DNA from: Verrucomicrobiia bacterium
GTDB taxonomy: Bacteria > Verrucomicrobiota > Verrucomicrobiia > Palsa-1439
Length of the DNA: 64,000 nt
Assembly: GCA_050010195.1 (NCBI GenBank)
Contig: JBEKLM010000001.1
Location: 129,045-193,044, forward strand
Direction: 5' to 3'
Positions 29,171-39,720 of the stretch are shown here, piece by piece. The notes under the pieces were generated by a model. It was not told the DNA's origin. It searched no databases and saw only the letters and a program-made list of their open reading frames with translations. Every line of letters begins with the position of its first letter. Within the stretch, counting starts at the first letter, position 1. Made by a program: the position numbers and the translations under genes.

Positions 29171-30600
29171 ATTCTGGCAAATTACTCTCACAATGGTTTC
29201 TTCTGGCAGTCTCCGGCCTTCTCGTGCTTTGCGCCGGCTGCGACCCGACGGACTGGGTTTGTTGGGCGCCGGATGGTGAGCACGCGTTCGTGCAGGGGGC
29301 GGACAATACCACCTTCCTGATTGACCGTACCGGCAAGGTCCTGGGCAACGCGACCGACGCGAAAGCCTGGCTTCCGGATTCGCGGCGGGTCGTTGCCGTT
29401 CACACGGTGAAACCCACCAGTTGGGATGAATACGCCAAATTGCTCGGCCCCGACCGCGCCGGGAAGACAACCAATGCCGCCGCGAGCATGGTGGAGGTGA
29501 TCCAGGCGTACCATGGTGATTGGGCCAAGTTCGGCGATTCGCCCGAGTACAAGAAATGGGAGAACGACGTCGTCGGGCAGACGTACAACGCCGAATGGCT
29601 CACACGATCGGTCGCGCTGTATCTCCAACAAACAAACCCCAAAATTCTTGCCCCCATTCTCACCGCAAGCTCCATCTCCATAACGAATCTTATCCCCGAC
29701 ATCTACGAACTTGGCACCCGCAATGCCCTGCCGTCTGACCCGCCAGCCGAGCAGTTGCTGGCCCGTGTCCCGGACGAGATCATCGCGGTGTTTCCCTCGC
29801 CGAGCAGGCAGGCCATCGCCTTTGCCGTCGGACAACCCGACCGCCCGGCCCTCTACGTCATCCCGCAATCCACAAACAGTTCTCCCATGAGGGTGGACGA
29901 AGATGTAACCGAAGCCGCTTGGTCGACGGACGGCCAGGACCTCGTCTACCCCAAGACCACGGTTCCCTACGACTTGCTTCAGAAAAGTACTCAACTTGGG
30001 ACCATCACGAGCCGCCGCGTTTGCGGGACCAATGGACTCCTGCTGGCCAAGTTCGAGGATCCCAAGGACGTCGCCGGAATAATCCTAGGACAGACCTTCA
30101 CTCGCGTGGCGTGTCTCCCCGACGGTCGGATTCTCTTCGCCGCAGCCCCGATTCGTTTGCCGGCGCTAACTTCCGATGAGCCGAGCCACCTGACGCTGTT
30201 TGCCATTCGACCTGGCGCGACACCAACCCTGGAGTCGATCGTGCATCCCGCCGACATCTCACGGCTTCCAGACCGGGTGGACCGCTTTGCGCTGAGCCCT
30301 GACAAGAAGCGGGCGTCCATCGTCGACGAACAGGGACACGTGAGTATCGTGTCCCTGGATACCGGGGAATTACTGGCGATCCAGGCAGCAACCGTCTATT
30401 CCAACACCGACAAATACACGCAACTCATCCCGGCCTGGCGAACCACCAACGAAGTCACGTGCCTTGTCCCGATCGGCGATCCTTCTGGGAGCACGGCGCG
30501 CGTGGAGGTTGTCCTGGCGAACTTGAACGGTCAGAAGACCGCCATCAGCCGGTCCTGGTCAAACGCGACGATGAAGGGACTGCTGTTGCCCAGCGAATGA
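29167..30600 (+). CDS. Lipoprotein, probably a beta-propeller (TolB/WD40-like), co-transcribed with the ECF sigma/anti-sigma pair.
   Basis: The start overlaps the anti-sigma stop. Signal plus lipobox-like LVLCAGC. Repeated ...SPDG/STDG... strands. Confidence 0.5.
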   Translation: MNSGKLLSQWFLLAVSGLLVLCAGCDPTDWVCWAPDGEHAFVQGADNTTFLIDRTGKVLGNATDAKAWLPDSRRVVAVHTVKPTSWDEYAKLLGPDRAGKTTNAAASMVEVIQAYHGDWAKFGDSPEYKKWENDVVGQTYNAEWLTRSVALYLQQTNPKILAPILTASSISITNLIPDIYELGTRNALPSDPPAEQLLARVPDEIIAVFPSPSRQAIAFAVGQPDRPALYVIPQSTNSSPMRVDEDVTEAAWSTDGQDLVYPKTTVPYDLLQKSTQLGTITSRRVCGTNGLLLAKFEDPKDVAGIILGQTFTRVACLPDGRILFAAAPIRLPALTSDEPSHLTLFAIRPGATPTLESIVHPADISRLPDRVDRFALSPDKKRASIVDEQGHVSIVSLDTGELLAIQAATVYSNTDKYTQLIPAWRTTNEVTCLVPIGDPSGSTARVEVVLANLNGQKTAISRSWSNATMKGLLLPSE

Positions 30601-30607
30601 TCCCCGG

Positions 30608-31489
30608 TCAGTGCGACGCATTGCGCGAGTTCCGGCCTTCGCCGACCGACTTCGGGCTCCTGCCGACAAATTGCTTGAACGCCCGGCTGAAATCGTTCGG
30701 GTGCTTGTACCCCAACGCGTACGCAATTTCTTTGACGGAGAAGCGTTCGGTCTCCAACAATTCCTGGGCCCTCGCCATTTTGAGACGCTGGTGATAGACC
30801 GCCGGCGATTCCCCGTGGTGCATTTGAAACATCCGCACCACCGTGGCCGGAGAAATTTGCAGGTACTCGCAGAGCGCCGTGACCGGATTCGGTTCGGCCA
30901 GGTTCTGGGCCATCCAGCGCACGGCCAACTCCATCCGCAACGAGGGTTCAGGCGGCCCGATTTTGCGCTGGACATGCCGGGCCACGGTGACGTCAATGGC
31001 CAGATGCAACTGCTCAATCGCGAGTTTGGTCAATTCGTCGGGTCGCTCCACTTCCTGGCGACACAACCCGTGAAGCTGTTCCAGCTTGTGCCACAGGCGC
31101 GTGCCAATCGTCCATTGCCGATAGCCTCCCGATTCCACGGCGCACTCCGGACAACGCGGGCCGCTTCGCCAGATCCACACCAGAAGGTCCGCCACGCCAT
31201 CGGGTCGGTCCGTCCAACCGCTGGCGCAATCGGGGTCGACGACCAAAAAGTCGCCGGCACTGAGCGTCCTTTGCTCGTCTTCGAGGACCAACGTTGGCTT
31301 GCCCCGATTCACCAATACATAATGCCAGCCGGGATGCCGGGACACAGGGATGGAGTTTTGGCCATATTGCCGATGTCCCCACGCCAGATACAACAGATCA
31401 AGCTGGGCGCTTTCCGGACAAACCCAACGCGGGCGCCCAGGTGGCGGTAAATGTAACGCCTTCGGGAGCAAGCTCATACACGCATCCAA
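30608..31489 (-). CDS. AraC-family transcriptional regulator with an N-terminal cupin sensor domain.
   Basis: C-terminal HTH: ALCEYLQISPATVVRMFQMHHGESPAVYHQRLKMARAQELL...EIAYALGYKHPNDFSRAFKQFVGRSP. Divergent from uxaE. Confidence 0.8.
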   Translation of the reverse strand: MDACMSLLPKALHLPPPGRPRWVCPESAQLDLLYLAWGHRQYGQNSIPVSRHPGWHYVLVNRGKPTLVLEDEQRTLSAGDFLVVDPDCASGWTDRPDGVADLLVWIWRSGPRCPECAVESGGYRQWTIGTRLWHKLEQLHGLCRQEVERPDELTKLAIEQLHLAIDVTVARHVQRKIGPPEPSLRMELAVRWMAQNLAEPNPVTALCEYLQISPATVVRMFQMHHGESPAVYHQRLKMARAQELLETERFSVKEIAYALGYKHPNDFSRAFKQFVGRSPKSVGEGRNSRNASH

Positions 31490-31604
31490 GTAGTCTCAAC
31501 AATCATGATGCAACAAGATATGCGAATCGCATTGGCGAGTGAACCATTCCGTCGTAAGATGTAATTGGACCGACATATGTCCCGATAACTTATTGTGACA
31601 CCTA
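31490..31604. promoter_or_regulatory. Divergent regulatory region between the AraC regulator and uxaE-uxaC.
   Basis: 115-bp gap between divergently oriented genes. This is the likely operator/promoter region. Confidence 0.3.
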
Positions 31605-32849
31605 ATGAATACGACATCACCTGCTGGCCCCGCAACAAGAAAAACGACCCCTGCTGTCCCGTTCCTCGCCAGACCCGTGGCGTCCCCCACGACACTGGGT
31701 CTCGTGAAATCTTTTGGGTTCGGTGATCGCTTCGGGTTGGCCACGCCGGGGCACCTTGCGGCGGCGCAGAAATTCGATTTCGCCCCGATCTTCGCGCAGC
31801 AATCCATTCGCGAATTGGAACGCACGCAGCGCACGGCCCAGCAGGTCATCAAGGCCGCCATCACCGCGCTCGCGCAGCACGGCTACAGCGGCAAGTGGGG
31901 AGCCGACGCGGACCATTTGAAGACGACCGAACATGTCGACCGGATGGCGGCGGCCGGTTTCTGCTTCTTCACGATCGATCCTTCCGAACACGTCGGCAAA
32001 GGCACGGTCAAGGCCGAGTTGGAATCGGCGTACCTGGGACGCAAGTTCGATGTCCCCAATGTTGGGAAGCTGCAATTCGATGCCCAGTCACTGCGGAGCG
32101 CCGCGATAAAATACGGGCGTGCCCTCGAGCACGTCAGCCTCATGGGCCGTCACATCGCCAAGACGATGGACACGCGCCCGTTCGAGATCGAAGTCAGCGT
32201 GGACGAGACCAGTGAGCCAACCAGCGTGCTGGACCATTTGTTCATCGGCTTGGAACTTCGCCGCCTGGCGGTTCCCCGCGTGATCAGCGTCGCCCCTCGG
32301 TTCATTGGCGATTTTGAAAAGGGCATCGACTACAAGGGCGACGTGAAGGCATTCGAGGCGTCCCTGCGCGACCACCTCGAGATTGCGCGGTATTGCGGCC
32401 CCTACAAAATCAGCGTTCACAGCGGCTCGGACAAATTTGCGATTTATCCCATTCTCGGCCGCGTATGCGGTCCCTTGCTCCACGTGAAAACATCGGGAAC
32501 CAGTTACCTCGAAGGCTTGCGCGTCGTGGCCCGTACGACCCCGCAGGTATTCGCCGAGATCGTCGAGTTTTGCCGCGGCCGGTTCGAGATGGATCGCCAG
32601 AGCTACCACATCTCCACCACGCTGGCGCACGTCAAGGCCCTGCCGAAGTTCACCGGGCCCAAGGAAGAACCCCTGTTCCTGGACGAAGTGGCGGGCCGAC
32701 AACTGTTGCATGTGACCTTTGGCTCGGTGCTCACGCACCCGACTTACAAGCCGCGGATCCTGGAAATACTGGAGAACCACACTGCGCTGCACGAAGAATT
32801 GGTGGAGCGACACCTGACGAAGCACCTTTCGCTGTTGGCGAATGGATAA
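31605..32849 (+). CDS. uxaE: Tagaturonate/fructuronate epimerase (UxaE family).
   Basis: SFGFGDRFGLATPGH motif. The size (414 aa), the 8-nt overlap with uxaC and the pectin context fit the UxaE pathway (galacturonate -> tagaturonate -> fructuronate). Confidence 0.6.
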   Translation: MNTTSPAGPATRKTTPAVPFLARPVASPTTLGLVKSFGFGDRFGLATPGHLAAAQKFDFAPIFAQQSIRELERTQRTAQQVIKAAITALAQHGYSGKWGADADHLKTTEHVDRMAAAGFCFFTIDPSEHVGKGTVKAELESAYLGRKFDVPNVGKLQFDAQSLRSAAIKYGRALEHVSLMGRHIAKTMDTRPFEIEVSVDETSEPTSVLDHLFIGLELRRLAVPRVISVAPRFIGDFEKGIDYKGDVKAFEASLRDHLEIARYCGPYKISVHSGSDKFAIYPILGRVCGPLLHVKTSGTSYLEGLRVVARTTPQVFAEIVEFCRGRFEMDRQSYHISTTLAHVKALPKFTGPKEEPLFLDEVAGRQLLHVTFGSVLTHPTYKPRILEILENHTALHEELVERHLTKHLSLLANG

Positions 32850-34251
32850 GTCCATGCGGGCGTTCATTACCGAGAACTTTCTCCTGGAAACCCCGGTCGC
32901 GCGCGAGTTGTATCACGAGATCGCGGCGCACGAACCGATTTTTGATTATCATTGCCATCTCCCTCCCGACCAGATCGCGGCGAACAAGCAATTCCGCAAC
33001 CTTTATGAAATCTGGCTCGCCGGCGACCATTACAAGTGGCGGGCCATGCGCTCGGATGGCGTGCCCGAGAAATACTGCACCGGCGACGCCAGCGATTGGG
33101 AGAAATTCCTCGCCTATGCCCGCACCGTTCCGCACACGCTGCGCAACCCGCTCTATCACTGGACCCACATCGAGCTGAAACGCTTCTTCGGCATCACCAA
33201 ACTCCTCGACGAAAGCACGGCGAAAGAGATCTGGGACGAAGCGAATGAGAAGCTGGCCTCGATGCCCGTGCAGCGGATTCTCGAAACCAACCGGGTCGTC
33301 GTGGTGTGCACGACGGACGATCCGACCGACTCTCTCGAGCATCACCGGCGAATTCGCGAATCGGGCGCCCTGCGCACCCGGGTATATCCGACGTTTCGTC
33401 CCGACAAGGCGCTGGCGGCAGACCAACCCACGGCGTGGACGGCGTGGGTGAGCAAGCTTGGTGACTGCCCGACGTTCTCCGCGTTCCTCGGGGAATTGGT
33501 GAAGCGGCTCGATTTCTTCCACACGAACGGCTGCCGATTGTCCGATCACGGGTTGAATCATATCTACGCCGACGATTGCACCGAAACCGAAGCGGCGCGG
33601 GTGTTCGACGCGGCGCGGGCGGGGCGGACCGTGTCGCGCGCGGAGGCGGACAAGTTTCGCAGTTTCATCCTGCTGTGGCTGGGCGAACAATATCACGCCC
33701 GCGGCTGGGTCATGCAATTCCACCTCGGTGCCATGCGCAACAACAATACCCGAATGATGCGCACGCTGGGACCCGACACCGGCTTTGACTCGATTGGCGA
33801 CTGGCCGCAGGCGGAGCCGGTGGCCCGCTACCTTGACAAGCTCGACCAGAAAGACCGGCTGCCGAAGACCATCCTGTACAACCTGAATCCCGCCGACAAT
33901 TATGCGTTCGCCACCATGCTCGGGAATTTCCAGGACGGGAGCGTCCCGGGCAAGCTCCAGTTGGGCAGCGGTTGGTGGTTCCTCGACCAGCAGGAAGGCA
34001 TGGAGTGGCAGATCAACGCGCTATCGAACCTCGGCTTGCTCAGCCGGTTTGTCGGGATGATTACCGACTCGCGGAGCTTCCTCTCCTACTCCCGCCACGA
34101 ATATTTCCGCCGACTCCTCTGCCATCTCATCGGGCGCGATGTTGCCAATGGCAACCTGCCGCACGACAGGGAGATGTTGGCGGAGCTTGTTCGTAACGTC
34201 TGCTATCACAACGCAAAAAACTATTTCGGCCTTGAACCGGGCACGTTGTAG
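32842..34251 (+). CDS. uxaC: Glucuronate isomerase (uronate isomerase).
   Basis: Collinear with E. coli UxaC: ENFLLETPVARELYHE...PIFDYHCHLPP...NLYEIWLAGDHYKWRAMR...NPLYHWTHIELKRFFGI...LLSRFVGMITDSRSFLSYSRHEYFRRLLC. Confidence 0.92.
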   Translation: MDKSMRAFITENFLLETPVARELYHEIAAHEPIFDYHCHLPPDQIAANKQFRNLYEIWLAGDHYKWRAMRSDGVPEKYCTGDASDWEKFLAYARTVPHTLRNPLYHWTHIELKRFFGITKLLDESTAKEIWDEANEKLASMPVQRILETNRVVVVCTTDDPTDSLEHHRRIRESGALRTRVYPTFRPDKALAADQPTAWTAWVSKLGDCPTFSAFLGELVKRLDFFHTNGCRLSDHGLNHIYADDCTETEAARVFDAARAGRTVSRAEADKFRSFILLWLGEQYHARGWVMQFHLGAMRNNNTRMMRTLGPDTGFDSIGDWPQAEPVARYLDKLDQKDRLPKTILYNLNPADNYAFATMLGNFQDGSVPGKLQLGSGWWFLDQQEGMEWQINALSNLGLLSRFVGMITDSRSFLSYSRHEYFRRLLCHLIGRDVANGNLPHDREMLAELVRNVCYHNAKNYFGLEPGTL

Positions 34252-34329
34252 CGCAGTCCCCTGCGTCCGGAAACAGACCGGAACCGCCAGCCACCCCCCC
34301 GCCTTCTCTCCTCGCATCGAGGGACCGCG

Positions 34330-37300
34330 CTACGGTCCGAGACGAATGCGGTAGTACCGATTCGTCCCACCGGCATCCGGGTAGTTCGTCACCGTGTCGC
34401 CACGCGGCATAACGATCAACGGGCCGCTAATATCGCCGAAGCTGGTGCTGTAGCCGCCGCTGGCCGTGCCTACCGACCCTTGCACGATGTTGGTGATCAC
34501 GGTCGGGCCGTTGAATGATGCGGCGTTCAGGTCGCCGCCGGACGTCTTCCACGTCACCGTGTTGGTGCCGCCCGTCTGGCCGATCGCGATGATCCGGAAC
34601 ACCGAAGCCGGATTCGTGGGGTTCAGCCCCAGCAGGAACTGGTTGGTATTGCTAATGCCCTTGCCGGAGGGATCCGCGTTTGCCGCGGCTTGCGTACAAA
34701 GGGTACCGTCATTGGTGCAACCGAAGTACTGGAATTGCCAGCACGTAAACGGATCGCCCGGCGTCACACTCGCGCTGCCGTTCATCGTCGCCGTGCATCC
34801 GCTGGTCACGTTGGACGCGATCACCGTGTACGTGCCCACCGCCGTCTGGTTCGTGAACGAAATCGCGCTGCCCGTGCCCGCGACCAGCGTACCGGTGGGA
34901 TTGCCGTTCAGTTCCAACAGGTAATCCGCGCTCGATTCCGATCCATCCAGGCCGACCGTCACGCCGCCGCTGGCCGCGCAGTAGGAACCGCCGCCGGTTA
35001 CATTGAATGTCGCCGGACCGGCGTTGACCGTCAGCGTCGCTCCGCCGGAGGTCGCGGGCGGGCTGCACGTGCCGCTGACCACGCAATCGAAGCTCGCTCC
35101 CGAATCGCCCGTGCCCACGCCGGTGAGCGTCAACGTGGTCGTGGTCGAGCCGTTGACGGTGCCGCCGTTGCTGATATTCGAGCCGTTCTTCTGCCATTGA
35201 TAACTCAGACCTGCGCCGCTGGCTGAGACGGTGAAACTTGCCGACCCGCCATTACAGACGGCCTGTGGCGAGGGACCCGACACGATGCCCGGGGCGGCAT
35301 TGACCGCCACGGACAAACTGGAGCCACTGCCGGCGCACCCGCTGGCGGACGGCGTCACTGTCACGCTACCGGCGTTCGAACCCCAGTTGACCGAGATTGA
35401 CGTGCTGCCCTGGCCGCTGGCGACCGTCGCTCCGGTCGGCACGGTCCATGCGTAGGTCGCCGCACCACTGACGCTGGAAATCGAATAGCCCACGCCGGTC
35501 TGTCCCGTGCAGACGGTGGTCGGGCCGCTGATCGAGCCCGCCGCACCGACGCTGGTGACGGTGACTGGCAGACTGCTGGCCGTGCTGCTGCAACTGCCGT
35601 TGGAGGGCGTGACTGTGACGCTGCCGCTGGCAGCCGAGCAAGAGTAATTGACGGTGATCGAGGTTGTACCCTGCCCGCTGGCGATGGACGCGCCCGATGG
35701 CACGGTCCAGGTATAGGTGGTTGCGCCGCTGACGCTGGCGATGGAGTATGCCACGCCGCTGCTGCCCGCGCCGACCGCGCTGGATCCAGTGATCGAGCCC
35801 GCCGCGCCCACGCCGGTGACGGTGACCGACAGACTGCCGGCCGTGCCGTTGCAACTGCCGTTGGAGGGCGTGACTGTGACACTGCCGCTGGCAGCCGAGC
35901 ACGCGTAGTTGACGGTGATCGAGGTGGTGCCCTGGCCGCTGGCGATGGACGCGCCCGACGGCACGGTCCAGTTGTAGGTGGATGCGCCGCTGACACTGGC
36001 GATGGAGTACGCCACGGCGCTGGCCCCGGCGTTGACCGCGCTGGATCCGGTGATCGAGCCCGCCGCGCCGACGGGGCACGCGTTGGAAACCAGCAGGTTC
36101 ACCTGCCCGGCTGTGCTCGTGGAAATCGCATAGGCATACCCGGCGTTGGGCGTCGTGCCAATGGTCAGTCCGCTGTAGCTCAACGCGCCACTATAGGTGA
36201 ACAGCGTGTAGGTCCCGGTGGTGAATCCGCCACCGTCGCTGATGTTGAGCGTGCCACCCAAAGTCAGACTGCCGGTCGCGGCGATCTTCGCGGTGTTGGT
36301 GCCGAGCAGGAAGTTCAGCGTCGCGCCGCTTAGATTTACGGCGTTACTCACCGTGAGCGTGCCACTGCCCACCGTGAGAACTTGATCAGGGCCGAGCACG
36401 CTGGCATCGCCAATCGTGGCGACCCCGTTAACGAGGCCGATGATGTTGTTGGTCCCCGGCACAACCGCTCCGCACACTGTCACCACATTGGTGCTGGGAA
36501 CGCTGTTGGTGATGGTGACCTGCGCGTTAAACAGGGTAAGAGCGTTTGTCTTGATCGGGGTACCCAGGTTGGAGTCGATGATCTGGACAGCCTGGGCATT
36601 AAAGACAGTGAACGTCCGATTGGTAGGCACGATGTTCACGGCGTCGAAGACGAGGTTGGAAATCGGCACTTCCAATCGTCCCCAAATCATTGCCGAAACA
36701 TGCTGCCCCAAGCTCGACACCGTCGCCGTCACGTTGCTGAAGGTAATGTCGCGATAGATCACGCAGTTGTTGGTGGAATCCACGTCCTCGCCGGCCGCGT
36801 CCTCGGGACTGATGTCGTCGGGGGTGCCCTCTTCGTTGTAATAGCTGTACATCACGATCGGATACTCCACGCTGTTCATGGTGAGATCGCAATACCTGAG
36901 ATTCTGCACCAAACCACCCGAGCCGCTGCCGCTAGCGGCATTGTCGGACTTACAACGAATGCCGTAGATGGTGGTGTTCCAGGTACAATTGCTCACGGTG
37001 AAGTTCTTTAACCCGCCGGAAATGTTGCTGCCGACCGATATGCCGTGACCGCCGTTAAACGTGCAGTTGGAAACGACGATATTCGCCGAGGGGAGGCCCG
37101 TATCATTTTTGATGCAAATGTCGTCGTCCCCATCCTGGATCCAACAGTTCTGGATCAGGCAGTTGGTGACCGAGACATCGACTCCGTCGGTGTTGGGTGA
37201 ATTGGTCTCGGTGTTGATGGTAATGTTCTGGACCGTAATGTCGCCGTTTCCGCCGATCAGCCTGAAATGGTAAAAGGCCGGGTTTTGCGCCGTGACGTTC

Positions 37301-39720
37301 TGGATGAGGATCCGCTCGGTCGCAGCCATCTGGACAAGGGGCGGCCGCGTTGCGCCGGAATCTGGCCACCAGCCGGAGCCCTGGCCGTCAATGACACCCG
37401 ATCCATCGATCGCGACATCGTGAACGTTCGTCGCGGTGATGAATGCCGTATTGGCATTGGGCCAACTAGCTTTCGGGAGCGCCTGCAACATCGCACCGCT
37501 GCTAATCAGCAGGCTGACGTTATTGGTCAGGTTGATGGGCCCGCTCAAATAGTTGGTCAGCATGCCAACGGATGACACGATGACCGTGCCACCGCCCGCG
37601 GCGGCGGCGGCATTGATCGTGTTTTGAATCGAGCCGGAGTTGTCCGTCACACCATCGCCGACAGCGCCGTAGTTGGTGATGTAAAACGTATTGGTGGGAA
37701 TGTTGGGCAGCGCCGGGACGACGTTGGCCGATGGCACGGTGACCTGCAAGGTGGCGCTGTTGGTCGCTTCGCCATACGCGTTGCTGGCGATGATGGAATA
37801 GACGTAGCCGTTCTGCGAGAGCTGCACGTTGGTCAGGACCAGCGGGGTGCCGGTCGCGCCCGGTATATTGACGTTGTTTTGCTGCCACTGGATCGCGGGC
37901 GCGGGTGTGCCCGAGACCGAGGCACTGAACGTCGCTGTGTTCCCCTGGACGACGTTTTGATTGCTCGGGCCGATGATGGTGGGCGGCGTGGGCCCGCCCG
38001 AGACTGACAAGAGCATGCAATTGGTGATGGCACCGTTGGTATTGGTGGCCATGAGGCAATACTGGCCGGCGTCGCCCGGTTGCACGTTGGAAATCGTCAA
38101 GGTGCTGGTGAGACTGCCCGTAATGCTGGAGCCGCCGTTGGTGGTGGGACCATCCGACAGGTCGTTGCCGTTGAGTTCCCATTGCAACGAGGGCGCGGGA
38201 TTGCCGGTGACGACGGTGCTGATCGTGACAGTGGCGCCGACGACGACGGACTGATTCGTCGGACCGGTCACGCTCAGCCCGGTCGATACGGAAATGATGC
38301 CGGCGGATCCCAACAGCGCGGTGTTCCAATTCAGACCGGAAGCCAGTGATGGAAGATTGGTGGCGGCGAAATTGCCGGTTGGAGTTGCCGAGGAGAATAT
38401 CTGGAAGATCTCTCCCCCGGTGAGCGGCACGCCCACGTTGGTGATCATCAAAGTGCCGGCTTCGGTCAGGGCGCCAGCGACGTTAAGGAAGTCGTTGCTG
38501 CCGATCTGGTTCTTGTCCAGTTTGATGGTGGTCGTGGTACCGGAGGCGAGCGTCAAGTCGTTGGATGCAACGATAGTTCCGACGGTGCTTCCGAAGCCCG
38601 GGGTCAAGGTTCCGGTGCCGGTAAATATAGTTTCGCCGATCACGGTGCCGAACCCGGCGACGGTGCCCGAGGCATTGGTAATGCCCATTGCTGCCTGGAC
38701 CACACCGCCGGAAAGGATCAGCGAGTTGGCCGGTGCGATGGTCACGGTCAGCGCGTTGGATACGGTTCCGTTCATACCGATCGTGACCGAATTATTCGCT
38801 CCGTTGCTTCCGATTGCGAGGGGGGTGTTTCCGAGATCCCAAATGGCGCCATTCCGCACCGTGGCGGAATTGCCGGCACCCGCGCTGGTGCCAACATTGG
38901 CGCCGACACCGGTGACGAACAACTGGCCACCCGAGTCCAACAGGAGCGAATTTGGGCCGGAAGCAGCGCCGCCCACCGAGAGCGAGGCACCCACGCAGGT
39001 CATCGAAGCCGAATTGGAAATGATCAGGGAGTTTCCATACGATGAGGAGTCGTTGCCGATGAGGATGGCGGCGTTGTTGGACCAGGAGACAGTGGGGCCG
39101 CTGAGCACGAGCGTGCCACTGGAACTGGAGCCGCCATTGTTGCCCAGTACCAACTGATTGCCACTGACCCCGGCCGCCCCTATCTGGACAAACCCGTTGG
39201 TCACGATCATCAGCCCCGTCGTGTCGTCACCAATCGTCGCCCGCTGGGAAACGGCGTTGGTGACGAACAAGCCTTCCCCCACACCGGTGGAAGAGCAGAG
39301 GTACAGGGTGTTGTTGCCGCTACTGGAACCTCCGACAAAAAACGCCGTGGGACTTGACGAGCTGGGTTTGATCAGGGACAACGAATTCCCGTTCAAATTC
39401 AGCGTGAGGACGACGTTGCTGCTCGAATGAGCGTTTACGTCAAGGTTACTGACAATGACGCTGTTGGTGAACGTGACCGTGTACGTGCCACGGGTGGTGA
39501 AGCTGGCCGTGTCGGATGGACCCGGGACGCCGTTCGGGCTCCACGACAAGGGAGACGACCAAACGCCTCCGACGGTATTTGTCCAATTGTATGCGGTCGC
39601 CTGGGCGCTCTCGACGCCAATGGACAATCCCAGCGCCAATGCCAAGGCGCCGGCCACGAAGCTCCTGATTGATTTGGGGGGACTCGATCGTAAAGCCGGA
39701 AAGCGATTTACCGAGATCAT
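34330..39720 (-). CDS. Giant secreted GH28-family beta-helix protein (1796 aa) with beta-strand repeats and tandem Ig-like/PKD-like domains. It ends with the conserved C-terminal domain ...TNRYYRIRLGP.
   Basis: Signal peptide FVAGALALALGLSIGVESAQA. GH28 motifs NTDG, DGDD, GHG and RCK. Tandem 88-aa units (GAAGSITGSSAV...TSITVNY.CSAASGSVTVTPSNGSC) x3. The C-terminal module is near-identical to the 7899-11150 gene. Confidence 0.8.
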   Translation of the reverse strand: MISVNRFPALRSSPPKSIRSFVAGALALALGLSIGVESAQATAYNWTNTVGGVWSSPLSWSPNGVPGPSDTASFTTRGTYTVTFTNSVIVSNLDVNAHSSSNVVLTLNLNGNSLSLIKPSSSSPTAFFVGGSSSGNNTLYLCSSTGVGEGLFVTNAVSQRATIGDDTTGLMIVTNGFVQIGAAGVSGNQLVLGNNGGSSSSGTLVLSGPTVSWSNNAAILIGNDSSSYGNSLIISNSASMTCVGASLSVGGAASGPNSLLLDSGGQLFVTGVGANVGTSAGAGNSATVRNGAIWDLGNTPLAIGSNGANNSVTIGMNGTVSNALTVTIAPANSLILSGGVVQAAMGITNASGTVAGFGTVIGETIFTGTGTLTPGFGSTVGTIVASNDLTLASGTTTTIKLDKNQIGSNDFLNVAGALTEAGTLMITNVGVPLTGGEIFQIFSSATPTGNFAATNLPSLASGLNWNTALLGSAGIISVSTGLSVTGPTNQSVVVGATVTISTVVTGNPAPSLQWELNGNDLSDGPTTNGGSSITGSLTSTLTISNVQPGDAGQYCLMATNTNGAITNCMLLSVSGGPTPPTIIGPSNQNVVQGNTATFSASVSGTPAPAIQWQQNNVNIPGATGTPLVLTNVQLSQNGYVYSIIASNAYGEATNSATLQVTVPSANVVPALPNIPTNTFYITNYGAVGDGVTDNSGSIQNTINAAAAAGGGTVIVSSVGMLTNYLSGPINLTNNVSLLISSGAMLQALPKASWPNANTAFITATNVHDVAIDGSGVIDGQGSGWWPDSGATRPPLVQMAATERILIQNVTAQNPAFYHFRLIGGNGDITVQNITINTETNSPNTDGVDVSVTNCLIQNCWIQDGDDDICIKNDTGLPSANIVVSNCTFNGGHGISVGSNISGGLKNFTVSNCTWNTTIYGIRCKSDNAASGSGSGGLVQNLRYCDLTMNSVEYPIVMYSYYNEEGTPDDISPEDAAGEDVDSTNNCVIYRDITFSNVTATVSSLGQHVSAMIWGRLEVPISNLVFDAVNIVPTNRTFTVFNAQAVQIIDSNLGTPIKTNALTLFNAQVTITNSVPSTNVVTVCGAVVPGTNNIIGLVNGVATIGDASVLGPDQVLTVGSGTLTVSNAVNLSGATLNFLLGTNTAKIAATGSLTLGGTLNISDGGGFTTGTYTLFTYSGALSYSGLTIGTTPNAGYAYAISTSTAGQVNLLVSNACPVGAAGSITGSSAVNAGASAVAYSIASVSGASTYNWTVPSGASIASGQGTTSITVNYACSAASGSVTVTPSNGSCNGTAGSLSVTVTGVGAAGSITGSSAVGAGSSGVAYSIASVSGATTYTWTVPSGASIASGQGTTSITVNYSCSAASGSVTVTPSNGSCSSTASSLPVTVTSVGAAGSISGPTTVCTGQTGVGYSISSVSGAATYAWTVPTGATVASGQGSTSISVNWGSNAGSVTVTPSASGCAGSGSSLSVAVNAAPGIVSGPSPQAVCNGGSASFTVSASGAGLSYQWQKNGSNISNGGTVNGSTTTTLTLTGVGTGDSGASFDCVVSGTCSPPATSGGATLTVNAGPATFNVTGGGSYCAASGGVTVGLDGSESSADYLLELNGNPTGTLVAGTGSAISFTNQTAVGTYTVIASNVTSGCTATMNGSASVTPGDPFTCWQFQYFGCTNDGTLCTQAAANADPSGKGISNTNQFLLGLNPTNPASVFRIIAIGQTGGTNTVTWKTSGGDLNAASFNGPTVITNIVQGSVGTASGGYSTSFGDISGPLIVMPRGDTVTNYPDAGGTNRYYRIRLGP
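34640..35760. repeat. Dispersed repeat copy B (partner of 8190-9300).
   Basis: See copy A. Spurious ORF pairs and the encoded protein segments are near-identical. Confidence 0.6.
35340..36110 (-). repeat. Intragenic tandem repeat: about 264 nt (88 aa) x3, encoding Ig-like/PKD-like domains.
   Basis: Protein repeats VGAAGSITGSSAV[NG]AG[AS]S[AG]VAYSIASVSGA[ST]TY[NT]WTVPSGASIASGQGTTSITVNY[AS]CSAASGSVTVTPSNGSC. The third copy is diverged. Confidence 0.5.
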
